Virus genome (UHGV): UHGV-0157529
Strand: one strand, 5' to 3'
Source of the DNA: a virus
DNA: 46,733 nt
The position numbers and the translations under genes are program-made. The notes under the pieces were generated by a model that made no database searches, was not told where the DNA came from, and worked only from the letters and a program-made list of their open reading frames with translations. This document shows, one piece after another, positions 45,276-46,733 of the stretch (within the stretch, counting starts at the first letter, position 1; the number at the start of each line of letters is the position of its first letter).

Positions 45276-46448
45276 ATGAAAGACATTAAGAGCAACCGCC
45301 CGGTAGTAACAGCACCGAAAGCAACCATCGTCGTTGACGCCCAGTTCGGCAGCACCGGTAAGGGCCTCATCGCTGGGTATCTGGCAGAACGCGACCAGCC
45401 CGATGTAGTGATGACCGCATGGAGCGCAAACGCTGGCCACACCTACATCGATGCGAATGGCCGTAAATTCGTGCATTGCATGCTGGCCAACGGCATCGTA
45501 TCGCCGAATCTCGAAACCGTCCTCATCGGGCCGGGGTCACAGATGGATTGGTCGCTGCTGCTGCGCGAAATCGAGTCCTGCGCAGACCTGCTGGCGGGTA
45601 AGAGCATTTTTGTCCACATGAACGCGGCTATTATCACTGATGCCCATCGTGCCGAAGAGCAGGGCCCGATGACCAAAATCGGTTCGACCAAGAAAGGCTG
45701 TGGTGCGGCCATGATTGCCAAAATCCGCCGCAACCCGGATGACCAGAACACAGCGGGGGCGATGCGCTCTGACCTGCTGGCCGAATGGCGCAAGATGCAA
45801 TGTGCTAACCCAGACCTGCAGGTCGTGGAACTGGGTATTGTATCAAACGCCGAATACCTAGATATGGTCTACCGCGCCCGCCGCATTCAGGTAGAAGGCG
45901 CACAGGGTTTCAGCCTCGGCATCAACAACGGCTTTTATCCGTATGTGACCTCTCGTGAGTGCACCCCCGCGCAGGTCTGCGTAGACGTGAACCTGCCGCT
46001 GGCCTTCGTGGATAAAGTAGTAGCCACCATGCGTACCTACCCAATCCGCGTAGCCAACCGCTACAACGACAAGGGCGAGCAAATCGGCTGGTCCGGCCCG
46101 TGCTACCCTGACCAGAAAGAGCTGGACTGGAAGGCCGACCTCGGAATGGAAGCAGAGCTTACTACCGTGACCAAGCTCCCGCGTCGCATCTTTACGTTCT
46201 CCTACGAGCAGACCAAGGCTGCGCTGAGCGTCATCCGTCCGGACGAGGTGTTCCTCAACTTCTGCAACTATATGGAACCGGACGAAGTGGCTGAGGTGGT
46301 GGGCACCATCGAGCGTGCAGCGCATGAGCTGAAAATCCCCGGCCCTATGCCACTGGCCCGTTACTACGGCTATGGCCCGACTGTGACTGATATCTACACC
46401 GAAATGCAGGTACAAGAGCCTGAATTCGGCGGCAACATCAGCGAATAA
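45276..46448 (+). CDS. purZ: adenylosuccinate synthetase-family enzyme with Asp replaced by Ser in the P-loop; candidate PurZ (N6-succino-2-amino-2'-deoxyadenylate synthase)
   Basis: FGSTGKG aligns with PurA QWGDEGKGK (Asp to Ser). SANAGHT aligns with GGHNAGHT. 390 aa, a short archaeal-like PurA length. Flanked by PolA, MazG and HD genes. Confidence 0.6.
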   Translation: MKDIKSNRPVVTAPKATIVVDAQFGSTGKGLIAGYLAERDQPDVVMTAWSANAGHTYIDANGRKFVHCMLANGIVSPNLETVLIGPGSQMDWSLLLREIESCADLLAGKSIFVHMNAAIITDAHRAEEQGPMTKIGSTKKGCGAAMIAKIRRNPDDQNTAGAMRSDLLAEWRKMQCANPDLQVVELGIVSNAEYLDMVYRARRIQVEGAQGFSLGINNGFYPYVTSRECTPAQVCVDVNLPLAFVDKVVATMRTYPIRVANRYNDKGEQIGWSGPCYPDQKELDWKADLGMEAELTTVTKLPRRIFTFSYEQTKAALSVIRPDEVFLNFCNYMEPDEVAEVVGTIERAAHELKIPGPMPLARYYGYGPTVTDIYTEMQVQEPEFGGNISE

Positions 46449-46460
46449 GGGGAAGGGGCC

Positions 46461-46733
46461 ATGACCGGAATCAAGTTTGACCAAGGCAAGGCCCCGCTTA
46501 GTCTGATTGACCCGCGTTTCACCGAGGAGGTGGCGCGGGTTCTGGCTATCGGGGAACAGAAATACGGACGAGCGAACTGGCAAGGACTCAAAGTGGAGCG
46601 CCTGCTAGACGCCGTAAAAAGACACACACTTGAATTAGAGAAGAGCAACGACCATGACGACGAAACTGGACTCCACCACGCAGCACACGCCGCCTCCGGA
46701 CTTATGTTCATCTTCTGGCTCCTCAACAACCGA
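46461..46733 (+). CDS. dATP/dGTP diphosphohydrolase N-terminal-domain protein, 3'-partial. The ORF runs off the window end in frame with the ORF entering at nt 1.
   Basis: KFDQGKAPLSLIDPRFTEEVARVLAIGEQKYGRANW...GLHHAAHAASGLMF resembles the dGTP_diPhyd_N family. There is no stop before the window end. 273 nt equals 91 complete codons. Confidence 0.55.
   Translation, partial: MTGIKFDQGKAPLSLIDPRFTEEVARVLAIGEQKYGRANWQGLKVERLLDAVKRHTLELEKSNDHDDETGLHHAAHAASGLMFIFWLLNNR

Noticed and set aside
1-46733. Integrase, repressor or attachment-site search for prophage context
   Set aside because: None found. The gene content and the uniform + strand orientation fit a virulent phage genome rather than an integrated element.

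Overview
The window reads as a complete or near-complete ~46.7-kb genome of a virulent, tailed dsDNA phage with a lambda/HK97-like siphovirus tail module. Base composition is GC-rich (roughly 55-60% by eye). Every supportable gene lies on the + strand; no integrase, repressor, tRNA or CRISPR array was found. Gene order is as follows. (i) 1-1935: nucleotide-metabolism genes (MazG-like pyrophosphohydrolase, YfbR-type HD-domain deoxynucleotidase, nuclease-like protein). (ii) 1935-14000: an early region of about 30 small genes, driven by at least 10 copies of a modular cassette made of a near-consensus sigma70 promoter, a GC hairpin and the leader GGAGATAGAGAGATG; it includes C2H2 zinc-finger proteins, membrane and secreted proteins, and a low-GC moron. 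(iii) 14240-17773: terS, a lysis cassette (SLT-like endolysin, holin, Rz with embedded Rz1) and terL. (iv) 17782-22719: portal, Mu-F-like head morphogenesis protein, scaffold and major capsid. (v) 22756-35231: connector and neck proteins, major tail, G/GT chaperone with a -1 frameshift, tape measure, minor tail proteins, J-like protein, and lower-GC tail fibres. (vi) 35781-46733: AEP primase-polymerase, SF2 helicase, UvrD-like helicase, family-A DNA polymerase, an SSB-like protein with a DDDIPF tail, an adenylosuccinate-synthetase paralogue with GDEGKG replaced by GSTGKG (candidate PurZ), and a dATP/dGTP diphosphohydrolase N-domain ORF that runs off the 3' edge in frame with the ORF entering at nt 1. 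The most notable system is a candidate 2-aminoadenine (Z-base) DNA substitution cluster (PurZ-like enzyme, MazG fusion, HD hydrolase, PolA) that straddles the window junction. Two iteron clusters (TGGAACGG) at about 11.1-11.4 kb and 35.5-35.7 kb look like an ori/crr-type pair next to the primase gene.
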